From: Eukaryota sp. GEM-RC1
Taxonomy: Eukaryota
Direction: 5' to 3'
Assembly (NCBI GenBank): GCA_040285855.1
Contig: JAUFOQ010000001.1
Location: forward strand, 1-64,000
Length of the DNA: 64,000 bases
Under the pieces are notes generated by a model. It made no database searches, was not told the origin of the DNA, and saw only the letters and a list, made by a program, of their open reading frames with translations. Positions 52,421 through 64,000 of the stretch are shown piece after piece. Position 1 is the first letter of the stretch. Each line of letters begins with the position of its first letter. A program made the position numbers and the translations under genes.

Positions 52421-55400
52421 ATGTTTCCACTTCATGAAGGTCTGTACCAGCATTGACGGTAATATTGATGAACAAATCTTCCCATAAATTAGGATTTTCA
52501 GTAGACCCATTATAAAATAAAATAAAACTTAAACATTCAAGTAAATGAGTTTTTCCAACACCACTAGCACCTCGAAGAATGGTTGGCAAATTAGCAGAAA
52601 ATCTAAGAGCAATTAAGGTTTGTTTAAGGTAAGCATCACCAGTAAGGGCATAGCCGCCAAAACGATGCTTCCATGCTGCTTCAGGCACTGAACTATTAAA
52701 GGTAAATGACCGAATTTTTGAAATCTTTTGATCATCACTTCGAGGTATTTCAGGCGAATCCTTGGAAGAAGTGTTGGCATCTATATATGACTTGAGAGCA
52801 CGTGGAACAGTACTTCCACCTGGAACTGTGATTGAAGGAGATTCACGAGTTAACATGAACATAACATGATTCATATCATTCCAATTAACGACAACTTGAT
52901 CTCTATCAAGAGCACCGACCGTAGGAACTGACATTAGAACTGCTTGACGGGTGAAACCAAAGATGAGATCAATGGCATCTCGTCGGACTTCTTCAATTTG
53001 GTTTGTTGTCAAACCTGATGAGGCCATAATACCAGAATTGAAGGCCACGGCATTATTGAAGTAATTTAACTGAGATCCTAGTAAAGAAACAAGGTGGGTG
53101 AGCAGTCTATACGACCATTGACTTTCATGAGGTGGTAGTTGGTCAGCAAACGTGTGGTTGAACAGAGGTTCTAATGAGTTGCGTTCGTTGTAGAAGGTAG
53201 AAAGAGCTTGTTGAATTGTGTTGACGTTTGCTTTCATCTCATCAGAAGAGAAATTCAAATTTTGACTCGAAATATCAAAACTAAGGTCTTTGACCAAGGA
53301 ATCTTTGTTTGGATATAAAGAATCAATAAGAGAATCATACCACTTAAAGGGAGTTAAATGAGCTTTGGAATAAGATGCAAATTCAATATAGATTTTCTTC
53401 TTCAGTCCGAAAATAGAACCATTGTGGCGAAGACCTGAAAGAAAGGAAAGTGAAAACAGAATGTAAGCAGTATTGTAGAAGTCTTGGGAAGTCAATTTGG
53501 ATGACGCTGTCCAGTGTTCCTTAGTAAAAGTTCTCTTCAAAACATCCAATGGCTCACGTAAATCTAAATGAATGTTGGAATTTGAACAATCAACCTTGTC
53601 ACCACGAAGATACGTTTCAATAAAATGAGAAACATTAATTTTTCCAGAAATATTAAATGTTTTTGTAGGATTTCCTACTATTTTTCTAGGAAGGCATTCT
53701 CTCAAACACATTGTAGTTTTACCTTGACCAGGTACTGCTGACGTGTAAATTGCACCAACACTACAGCTTTTTAATACAGAAGACAAGTCAACTTCAGGGG
53801 GGAAGAGAGGCCAACACACAATGAGTGTTATCAACAAAATCAGTACCACACCCAATGACAGAAATTTTAAAATTTTGATCAATGTTATTCTTCATGAACG
53901 TAAGAAACTCTTCTCTGACAGAAAACCTCAATTGATCGTAACCAACAATTAATCGTTCAGATACCAGCGAATCAGACATAACAGCAACTAAAGAACTGAA
54001 AGAAGTTTCCCAATTACATATTAAAACATTTCGAATATTTAATTCAATATTTCGAAGAACTGCTACTTTCAAAGCATCACTGAATAGACTTGATAGACAG
54101 TCTGATTGTATATATGTAATAGAACGATCCTTGAATTCAACAAAAGTAGTTGGATATTGGAGTAGTTCCTGAAGCTTAACAGCTACAGAATATTCGACAT
54201 CAACTCCTGGTTGAGCAGGCTTCGATCTAAAACGTGACGGAATTTTAAAAAAGTGTGAAATATCTGTGGATCTTTGATGGTTTAAAAGAAAATTTGAAAT
54301 TTCTTTCGGATGCATACCTCTAAACCAACCATTTTGAGCCTGTTCCAAGAGAATCGACCAAATGTCACGTATTTCTCGTAAAGCCGTGACACAGTGCAGA
54401 ATACCAGCGTTACCATTTTGAATCATTACAACAAGCTGAGACTTATTAGACTTAATGGGATATCCAAAGTCATCTAATTCTTGTAAAATGAAAAGTGTTT
54501 CATCTACTAGCTGGCACATATTTAAAAATTCATCTCTTTTTATGTCATCCATTCCAGAATGACGACTAACTTGTTCTTCCTTGTTCTCCATAGATTCTGC
54601 TTGTAACAGAATTCCCTCAGCTCTAGCTCTATGAAACTCTTCTTCAGGAATATCAATTGTGCTATCTTCCTCAGAAGGAAGTTGTAAACTGACAGTAATC
54701 GTTTCAAGATTGAAAACTAACGCTCCTCCCTGGAAATTACTTTTAGAAATGACATTAATCCATGCAGATTGATCACCATCACTGACCAACAACTCATCAA
54801 TTGCCTTGATTGAGTTCTTCAATTGATTGATTGACTTACATTTTCAAAAAGTTGGAAGATTTGTAAATATAGTGGTGGTGACGTACGATTGCAATGACTA
54901 CAATCAATCAGTGAGCTGAACTTCTTGGAGTAAGATCCAAAGTCGGATAATGGGGATTTTGAAGAGAGTTTGGTAACATTAGTAATTCTTCTATCAGCAA
55001 CCGACACTGACACTTTGATTGAGCTAAGTACTCCAGAAATGTTCCCAAAACAAGAAATGATGGGATCCCAGACGTGACGATTGGCCCATGATTGAATATT
55101 GAATAGAACGTCTTGCTGAAGTTTTCCAGAAGGGTCAAGGAGAGACAGAATTTTCATTTCTTTAGTTATTTCATCTTCATTGAAAAAAATGTATACGGAT
55201 TCCAAATGAGATGCTTTAACATTAGGATCCAGCAGCTGATTCATGAATTTTTGAATTTGTGTAGAAATTTCACTAGCAGCAGCTACGCAGTCAAAACCAG
55301 TAGGGACAAAAGTTTTGTGATCATTGTCATTTGCTCCCATATTCCAAAGTTTTATCTCCATTGTCTTGTCATTGGTTTGATGATTACCTTTAATATACTC

Positions 55401-57266
55401 CAGAGACAAATGACGGAACAAAGCTGTTGAGCAAACTTTTACGGCTACCGATTCAGGAGAAAAATCATCAACAATTTGAATTTCTTTCATAAGGGCGGAA
55501 ACAATCTGAGAAACAATAGGAGAAACTGGATTAGATAGTACCTTTGATAATTTCTCACAAGATAGATGAAGAAGATTTTTGAAATCCTGAATGTTTTTAG
55601 CTTCATCGTAGAGTTCGAAAACGTCAGCGATTGTAATGAGATCAGAGAGTTTGTATTGGAAAATTTCAATTTCGGCGAATATGTCATTAAATTTGCTACG
55701 AAAAGAGGATTCAACACCGACATCAACCTTCAACAGACGACTTGGAGGTAAATTAGCAATGAACTTTTCAAAATTATTCCCTTCTTTCAATACAAGAATA
55801 TCCCCCACCAAACAAGTTTCATCAATGCCGTCTGAAATAAGTGAAGTAAAGTACTTAAGTGCTTCACTCAAAGAATCGCCCAATGGATCTAATTGCAGGA
55901 CTTCAAAGGCATAACCCAAAGGAGGTTCAATCAAACTCTCCAGACAATTAAAGGTAAAATTGGTAAAACGTTGGTTCAGATACCGCAAAATTGATGGAGC
56001 TCTGGACCATCCATGGAAGATCTTAGGCAGCCCTAGTACAAGCACGTGAAACAAGCGGTGAATGGAATTATCTTGAATAAATTTCTCAAGTACGGAGATC
56101 AAAGTGGATTGGTTGGCAGTATCGAGATTAACGAATTCAACAATTGTAGGTACTGCCTTGACAACAGATTCTGTGGGCTTAAACTCCTTCAAGTGGGTCC
56201 AAACCGGAGACTTGTTGTGGAGGTGAGTAGAGAAGAAGCCTAAAGCATGAGGATTGTGTTGAACGATGGAGCCAATAGATTTAGAGAAGTTGTTGGGAGA
56301 GAGTAGGTCATCAGTCCAGTTCTTGTAGAGGAATTTAGCAAGTAACAAGGAGTTGCCACCGTGTAAGAGCCGATCGAGTAGTGGTATGCGGAGAGAATGA
56401 TGGACAACAAGAGCGATGTAACTACGAGGGAGGATGTCAATCAGAAGACCACAGAGTTGAAGAGAAAGTTCGTGGGGAAAAGGAGATGAAGCGAGATGGA
56501 TGAATTCAGATAGGCACTCTTTTCGGAAGGAAAGAAGACCTTGGTTCAGTGGAGCTGTGTGGTGTGAAAGAGTCTCAAAGTCAGGAGCGAGAGATTCATA
56601 TCCAGAGATGATGCGGTAAATAGGAAAAAGGAGTGACACATCAGAATTGCATCTGAAAACATGATTGATTATTGTTGAGGACTTAGTGTTAGACCAAAAC
56701 TTTGAACACTGAAAGAGTAACTCAAGGGATTCTTTAGAGATGTGATTCAAAAGACATACATAACTGGCTAAGCAATCAATGAGGAGAGGGAATGTATTAG
56801 AATGTGCTAGAAGAACGTTAATGGCAAACTCGATACCTTCAACAAGATCTTGGGGGACTTCTTGTGAGACATCTGATACAAATCCGTCAGTGAGAGCCAT
56901 TTCATAAATACATCTAGCCACTCGACATAGAAAATGACGATCATTGATATACTGGAAGCCACTGTGGAGAACATCTGCTAGAGCAATCAGCATTTCACCA
57001 GCACTGAAGTCAGCGTTACGAGTAAGGCGACGATCGACAAAAAAGGATTCTTTGGCAGCATAGAAGCGATTGTTTCCTGGTTCTTTTTTCACTGTGGAGT
57101 AATACTTATAGGTGAAGGGTCGTTTTTCAAGTATAGTAAACCAGCAGCAACCATGTCCTAATTGAGTCAATGGAACCGGACTTGACCAATGATTGAAAGA
57201 ACCTTTTATGTAGAATGGTCCTTTGACACTCTTCAGTAGGACGAAAACAGCAACATCTTCTTTCAT
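52419..57266 (-). CDS. RNF213 (mysterin)-like large AAA+ protein, N-terminal part only (three ORFs joined by two frameshifts)
   Basis: CBM-like N-terminus (YIKGSFNHW...FTYKY), long helical region, Walker A PGQGKTT, IHLDL, IYIEFAS, then YALTGDAYLK..IALRF..LPTILRGASGVGKT...VNAGT, which matches the RNF213 pattern YELT.DN.LK...MRF...P.I..GETGCGKT...VHGGT. Confidence 0.72.
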
Positions 57267-58383
57267 GTCTGTGACAAAATACAGAGAAATACAATAACGA
57301 GTAACTAAAAATTTGGGTTTTGACTTATCATGCACCATAAATTTTGTACTTTTTGACTTAGATCGATTTCGTGCATGTAGATGTTTGATGAAATCGATTA
57401 TATACATCCAGCTAATCTTATGGATGCTCAAACTTTTGAATTATTGGAAGACCATCTCTAGAGATTATGTTTGAGTACTGGATTGAGCACCCACAAACGA
57501 TATTGTTCTTCAACAATCAGAGTTTGACAGTCACATCTTATCCGTAGTCGAGCAATAGTGCAATGAGAACAATAAACTTTATTTGAAACAGAAATGGTTG
57601 TGTTTTACAATCGTCAAAGTTCAAACACTGTCAATCTATCAGAAGGAGTCGATTCCATCCTAGAATCAGGAGGAGGAAATGAATGATACGAAAGACATTG
57701 TTTGAAGTTTCTAACATGAACAACGTCATGGTTGTGCTAAACAGGAAGATCAACCTCACTTGATTATCATCAAGTGAGACATACGTTTCCAGGCAGTTCA
57801 CTTCAGATAGTCCAAAAAAACCAAGAATGGAATTGCAAATGATTCTGATAATGGAAGATCAGGTCCCGGAAGACTTAAGTGTGGTAACTGAAAGAAAGAA
57901 TGAGTGCATTTTAGGACAATTTTGTGTGTATTGTGCTCTCACCTCCATGTGTTTGACTTCAATCATATTTATTTAAATATTGCAATGTCAGGCAATAAAT
58001 ACTACACCTCGGAAATAGTCCAAAATAAATGATTTTCCTAATGTCTATTTGAATATTGTATTATATATACTTATTACTAGTAGCGTTCCCCGGTTTCTAT
58101 GGTGTAAAACCAACTTTTGACGTGAAAACGATGAAACGTAGAAAATTTTTCGCAATGCCACTTCATAGTATTGTTGATCGTTTTAAATGGTATTATCAAA
58201 GTAACACATAAGTTACCACCTGAAATACAATTGAAATACCCTCACGTGATAGAAATAGTGTATTTGTATTCGTTGTATTTGTATTAATACAGAGGCATGA
58301 AGTTGTATTTCCCATCTATGCTTCTAAACGTAATTCATAATGTATACAATTCAATTTATCTAATTTTACATACCACTTCTTAC

Positions 58384-60723
58384 CTACAGTCCTTCTAAGA
58401 ATCTTTCAGATTGGTCATTTACAATCCTCATGTTTTCTAAGTTCTCTCTTCTGATAGCTTTTTCAATGTTGGCCAGAGCCTCTTCACATCGTTTACTTTC
58501 AGTTTGCAAGTCTTTCCTGGCATCAATTTCATCATACAGCAAATGAAGATTGGTCAACAGTGAAATTTTGTTGCACTGATCCTCTGTTTCTTTCATTTGG
58601 TCACCATTTAATACACCAGGCTTGTTACTGATTACAACAACATGTTCATGTCCATCAGCGATGGCTGAAACACTTAAAATTCCATTGTGATCAACATCAA
58701 ACTTCACCAAAACATCATTCATCCCAGCAGGTCGTGGCTGAATTTTAACGTTAAAATGACCGAGCAGGTTGTTGCCAATCACCATGGGATGATCCCCCTC
58801 CAAAACCTTCACTGAAATTTCTTCTTGATTATCTGTGTAGTTGACAAACTTGGCGGCGTGTGAATAAGGAATTTCACTTCCTTTTTGATCATTACAAAAC
58901 AGTGCTCAGATTCTTCGCCTGCAGTACCAATCCCTGATGTCTTAGCAATTTGGTCAAATGCGTCTTTTAGTGAAATATTGTCCGATGACAGATGATGTTC
59001 TCCTCCAGCAACTTGAGACAAACGTTGTAATCTGGCAAAGTGGGCGGGATCACCGAAACCAACAGTATGCAACACTGCCTCTGGGTTTTGGGCAAAGAAT
59101 CTACTTGCATAATGTTCCACTTGATCGTTTTGAGTTCCATCTCTACCATCTGACATCATGACAAACAAAGGAATCAGCTGTTCGTGTTCGGCATCCTGTA
59201 TTGCAAGATCGAAAGCACAAGTCAAACCAGCAAGGTAATTGGTTCCTCCGAATGGTCTAATGGAATTGAGTTTGTCCTTAAGAAAATCGATGTCACCAAC
59301 TGAAACACCATGAACTTCTATGGAAGCATCGTTACTGAACGAAATAATGGAAATCTTGTCCTTTGGGGATTTTGAAGCTCTTTTTCAATAAAAGCCATAA
59401 CATTTTCAACAACGGCACCTAAAATGTTCTTCTGTGTAACCCAATTAGCTGCTGGTTGTGCTTCTGCTCCAAACATACTTCCAGACTTGTCAATCACCAA
59501 ATAACTGTGGAAATTGTTGGAAGTCATAACGCAGTCTGTTCCAAGAGAGTGAGCAGTGACAGTAGTGATGGGAGTTTTAGCATTTCCAAAAAGAGAAGCA
59601 CCTTTAGCAACAATTTCGTCGACCTGTAGATTTCCAATTACCTTTTTTTCTCCAAATTTTTGCCGTAACATGCTCCGAATCTTGACAATTCGAGTAGAGC
59701 CTCCTACTAGTAAAACTTGTTCAATATCAGATTTAGTGAGGTTGTTCCTTTTCAGCAACTGGTCAACTTGAGCCAAACATTGGTCAAACTTTGCTTGACA
59801 AAGACCTTCAAAAGCCTCACGAAGCACAACCTTTCTGAACATGGATTTACCAGATTGAAGTTGAATTCTAAACGTGTTTTCAGAAGAAAGTTCCTTTTAG
59901 CACATTCACATTTAACTCTGAGACTTGAAACGAATTGAACGTTATTTCGGATTTCTTCTCCGAATGTCTGAGCAGCACTATCTAGACAGTATTGGAGTAA
60001 AAGTTCATCGAAATCTGAGCCACCAAGATTAGCGTCGCCATCAGTATCAATTACAGTATGGCTGACCGTTCCTGCTTTCACAAGGGTTATATCAAAAGTA
60101 CCACCGCCAAGGTCAAAGACGAGAAAGATTTTTCCAACAGTATTCAATTCTGGAAATGCATCAAAGTAAGCAATGGCTGCTGCTATTGGTTCTTCCAAGA
60201 CTCTGTCAACAGTGAGTCCAGCAAGCTCTCCAGCCTGTCTAGTGGCATCTTTTGTCCATCATTAAAATAAGCGGGTACAGTTATGACAGCTTCACATAAA
60301 TTGGGATCGGCACGTAAATCCTGAGCAAGGTTCTTCAGTTTTCCGAGAATGAAGCTACTTAATGCTTGAGGAGAAAATGTTTCACCATCGAGTTCCACTT
60401 CAACACCGTCTGCGTTTTTGTTCTTCCCTAATGGGATAAGGATATCTCTTGATTGTTTCGTGATCTACATCCGATCGACCCATGAGCCGTTTGAATTCTC
60501 TTGCAATATGACAGGGGTTCTCGTGAATCATATCTTTAGCTTCTCTTCCAAGAGTGATCACGCGGTCAGTATAAGCCACGACAGAAGGCATTGTAGCTTC
60601 CCCATGAATATCAACTAGTAGAGGACTGTAATGAGAACATTAGAAGCACATGTACCTTTGTTTTTGGTCACAAGTATATGCACAACTGTTTGTCGTTCCA
60701 AGATCGATACCAAGTAGAGTCAT
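58384..60723 (-). CDS. Divergent Hsp70 with an inserted vWA domain; 30-nt intron at 60626-60655; several frameshifts
   Basis: GIDLGTTNS, TVPAYFND, VFDLGGGTFD, LLVGGSTRI, HSLGT; vWA motifs VIDKSGSM, GGTNY, MMSDG, HTVGFG; substrate-binding domain NNLLGHF...FDVDHNGILSVSA. Confidence 0.85.
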
Positions 60724-61640
60724 GTCAGTTGAAAAGTGATTTTTTGAACGATTTTTGACTCCAACTTATCTCAATTCACTAGACCCATGTGTACAAAACC
60801 AAGTAATTGTCCTTTTATTCCTCTTTTGAGACCTATTAAACCGATTAGATTAAACCGAATGACATTTCAAGCATTATGACCTCATCGTGTTGATTCTTTT
60901 GGAGTGTCCACCATTGTTTCTAGAATGGCTTCGAAGAGTCTCCGTAATTCTAGTAGTTAACGTAGATGTAGACCGCTATGAAAATCTTCCCTCCAACTCC
61001 ATAAGTCCGTTTTTGACCTTCTTGTTACTAATTCTTATCTTCATGTTCACGGCTGAATTCCATCACAGCTGTTTGATCTATCTCATCATCACAGCTGTTA
61101 CAACATCCTTGTTCTTCAGTCCATGTTCATCTCAATCTTCTCCTTTCCCACTCTGAATCTGTTTTGGCCCTCCGTATACCCAGTTTCAGAAAGTTCTCTC
61201 GTTGAATCGCCCTCTCTTCTTTGTTCCTGTTACTGCCGCTCTCATGCTACTTATTTGATCTGTTGGACCCGGAGTCCAACCACTACCTTCCTTAATCTGT
61301 AGCTGTGATCATGAATCTGTCATCGAAGTCCGACATTATCATCTTTTTAAGTGGCTAGTCTCAGAAGTGGCTGACCTTTGAAACGTAATCTCACCAAGTC
61401 AAATTGAATCCGATGTACATGAAGATGAGAAGAATAACCTCTGTCTTTCGACCTCCTAACCTAATCATCCAAGACGACACTTACAATAGTTTAAAATTGT
61501 ATTCAGTTTTTGTAAAATAAATAACCGTAGTTTAATACAAGCAGCCAATGATCTTGATTAATGATCTATTGTCAATGTCAATGAATGTTGTTTTTACTGA
61601 TGTTTAGTTACAGTTTTTGTTTACATTTTATTTCATTTAA

Positions 61641-62620
61641 GGATAAATGTCAAATATACTCATTTCCCAAATCAATAATTCACACATACTCAAAATGAAA
61701 TCAAAAATTCATGACGGTTTTCCACTATAATGACTCTCATACAAGGACTCCTTGTATGAGAGTCATTATTATTGTCAAGGAGCTACCTTTGAATCCAAAG
61801 ATCTCTGAAAACAAGCTGTACATGAGAACTTTAATGAAGCAAGAACGTAGTTTAACAACACCGATGCGCTACAGTGAACAGTGCCAAGAAGACTTGTGTA
61901 CATGGAAACTGTCCACTTCTACTCCTGCATTAAAGCTGCGCTGGGTTAATAAATCTACAAAATAGAAGGACGATCAATATATTGGAAACAATTCATAGAA
62001 AAGATATGGCCAAAATGAATGAAAGATTCAACAAAGTTAAGAAAATGACCCACCGTGGATAACAACATGCCAGAAGATGAAAGAGCACTACTACATGGGC
62101 AGCAGCTTTTCAGGTTGTTCCGTCGTTAACTTGTCCAACAGCAGTTGTTCCTGTAAAAAGTGCCAGGAGAACAAAGTCCCATGTATTCACTCCGTTGCAG
62201 TTGCTGCTGCTCTGAAAGTACCACTAGAAGTGTTTATTGATGCAGTACATCGAAACACTCTATTGAAGTGATATGTCTGAAATTGTAGCGAGTTCGAGCA
62301 ACAAGTAGAACCTATAATGGAAAAGCAGAAGAAGGATCACGAGTTACTGACAGTTAGAGGTCAAGAAGGAAGGATCGATGATGATATGTATGTAGTGTCT
62401 GTAAGAATAGTGTCTGTAAGAAGAAGGGACATACTATGAAGTCATGCCAGAACAAGTAATACATGATGATACAACAGTGGTTATAAGAAATACAAATAAG
62501 ATATGAGATTGAATAAGCAGAGTTTTATGTGGATATTGACCGAGTACAGATTGAGCATGGTTTGAATTTTTGATTTCAATTTGAGTAGGTGTGAAATATT
62601 GATTTGGGAAATGAGTATAT
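61641..62620 (+). mobile_element. Mutator/MULE-like remnant with long TIRs and a SWIM finger
   Basis: 58-bp inverted repeat (61654-61711 and 62563-62620, 3 mismatches); VNLSNSSCSCKKCQENKVPCIH is the CxC..CxH SWIM motif. Confidence 0.75.
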
Positions 62621-62899
62621 CGTAGGTGTCCCAATACAAGCAACTTTATATCTTATACAAGCAAACACATTTTTTTGCTTGTATTGGGACCCTATTATAC
62701 GATGAAGCGACGACACCTTTGATTTCGATACATTACTGGATCACACACTCTATTTCGTAATGCTACTTGTACACTGTATTTTAAATAGAACAAAAATTTA
62801 TAACAATACATTAATATGACACATGCTTTAATAACAGTGTTTTAATTTGTTCTACAAGTACACAATATTTGTCTGTATAGGAGCAAAGTTTTATTGACA

Positions 62900-64000
62900 G
62901 GGATTCTATTGCCTATTCATAATTTGGATTTTGATAGGCCATTTTGTGCTTCTATAAAAATCCTATCCCATGTCAATTGCAACTCGTAGATAATCAAGTC
63001 CTCTTTCAATATCCTGTTTAATTCCTGATGCATGATTACAATAAAGACTCATGCCATGAAAACCTTCAGAATTTCCCAACTCTGCGGCCCTTTTGAAAAC
63101 AATAACCAAGATTAAGCATACCAAAACGCTCCCCAACTCACTTTATTTTTTAAAATATTCAGCAGCTTGCACTAGATTGGCTTCGACACCTAAACCTAAA
63201 TAATACCAACTTCCTAATTGGAAAATTGAATCAACGTGGTTGTGATCAGCTGCTTGATGAAACACGGTAAATGCTTTTTCATAACTCTGAGTCACTGAAT
63301 TCCCATTAAAAAACTGCAATCCGTCTGAGTACAGTTGATTGCTAGACTTGACCTCTTCTTCACGTGATGACCAGCAATCAAGGGAAGTACAAACAAGTTG
63401 ATATGAGGACTGAGCTTACTATCACTGATTTCCATTAAAAAATGTAACAATTTCAGTGTATCATTCGGACCAGTTTTCTCCATAATTAATGAGACACAAT
63501 TCAAAAAACACTCCACAGTCAATGATTGATGGAATTCTTCGGAATTCTGCCAAGATTTCAACAAATTGTGTCCCAGCCACAAGCAGAAATCATGAGGAAG
63601 TCTTGCACAGAGCAGTTCAACATGCTTCTTTGGTAAACATAAATAAGGATAATTCTTCAAAATCTCAGCTGTAACAATAGAAAGGAAACAGTCACCAAAA
63701 CAGTGTAAATTGGTGAAGCTATGAGACTTCTTTTCAAGGTCTACAGAAACCAATCAGGGGGGATGTTGGAAAAACAATTTACATTTTGAAAGATAAAATG
63801 GACCAATCTAATGGCGTTGAAATAAATTCACAATCACCAATGGAATCCAAAAGTTTGACGGGTTTAAGAAATCCAAATTCCGGATTTTTCAAAAGTTCAT
63901 CAGTTTTCGGATCTAGGGAATGATCATCCTTATAAAGCTCAATTAAACATTTAAACAACCAAAGAGGATCAACAACAGGCATTAAAGTGACAATAAAAGT
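62900..64000 (-). pseudogene. Sel1-repeat-containing gene, 3' part, disrupted
   Basis: YEKAFTVFHQAADHNHVDSIFQLGSWYYLGLGVEANLVQAAEYFKK and FKRAAELGN at ~63290-63070, downstream of ORFs 63779-63982 and 63292-63753; contains stops and frameshifts. Confidence 0.65.

Noticed and set aside
58070..58115. Possible Helitron 3' end (CCGGGG...CTACTAGT on the minus strand)
   Set aside because: No clear hairpin and no identifiable other end.
14415..60723. Widespread true pseudogenisation or recoding from the many frameshifts
   Set aside because: Most lie in homopolymers and differ between near-identical copies, which fits long-read error; they cannot be judged without reads.

Overview
AT-rich eukaryotic (protist-like) DNA that looks like a chromosome end. 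Many single-base indels fall in homopolymers and probably come from long-read consensus error. (1) Positions 1 to ~24,117 form one giant inverted repeat that folds back at ~12,235, inside a ~55-bp satellite built from TTAGGGTCAC units. The left arm is an indel-rich mirror of the right arm but also carries a patch of real substitutions. (2) Next to the satellite lie a ~540-bp non-coding cap block, two short TTAGGG/CCCTAA tracts and a Ty3/Gypsy pol fragment, which together record telomere-repeat addition at breaks. (3) Most coding DNA belongs to a family of ~1,080-aa predicted type-I surface proteins (signal peptide, beta-rich ectodomain, two EGF-like repeats, TM helix, short tail). They occur as head-to-head pairs around a shared ~3.1-kb spacer whose orientation is flipped between the two loci. 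One copy is interrupted by a 5.5-kb Ty3/Gypsy element with 91-bp LTRs, a 4-bp TSD, no tRNA-type PBS and no visible protease. (4) Also present: hAT-type MITEs with 8-bp TSDs, a MULE remnant, three small secreted paralogues with 28-31-nt introns, a kinase relic, a truncated RNF213-like AAA+ gene, an Hsp70 with an inserted vWA domain and a Sel1-repeat gene. All family assignments come from motif recognition by eye; no database searches were run.
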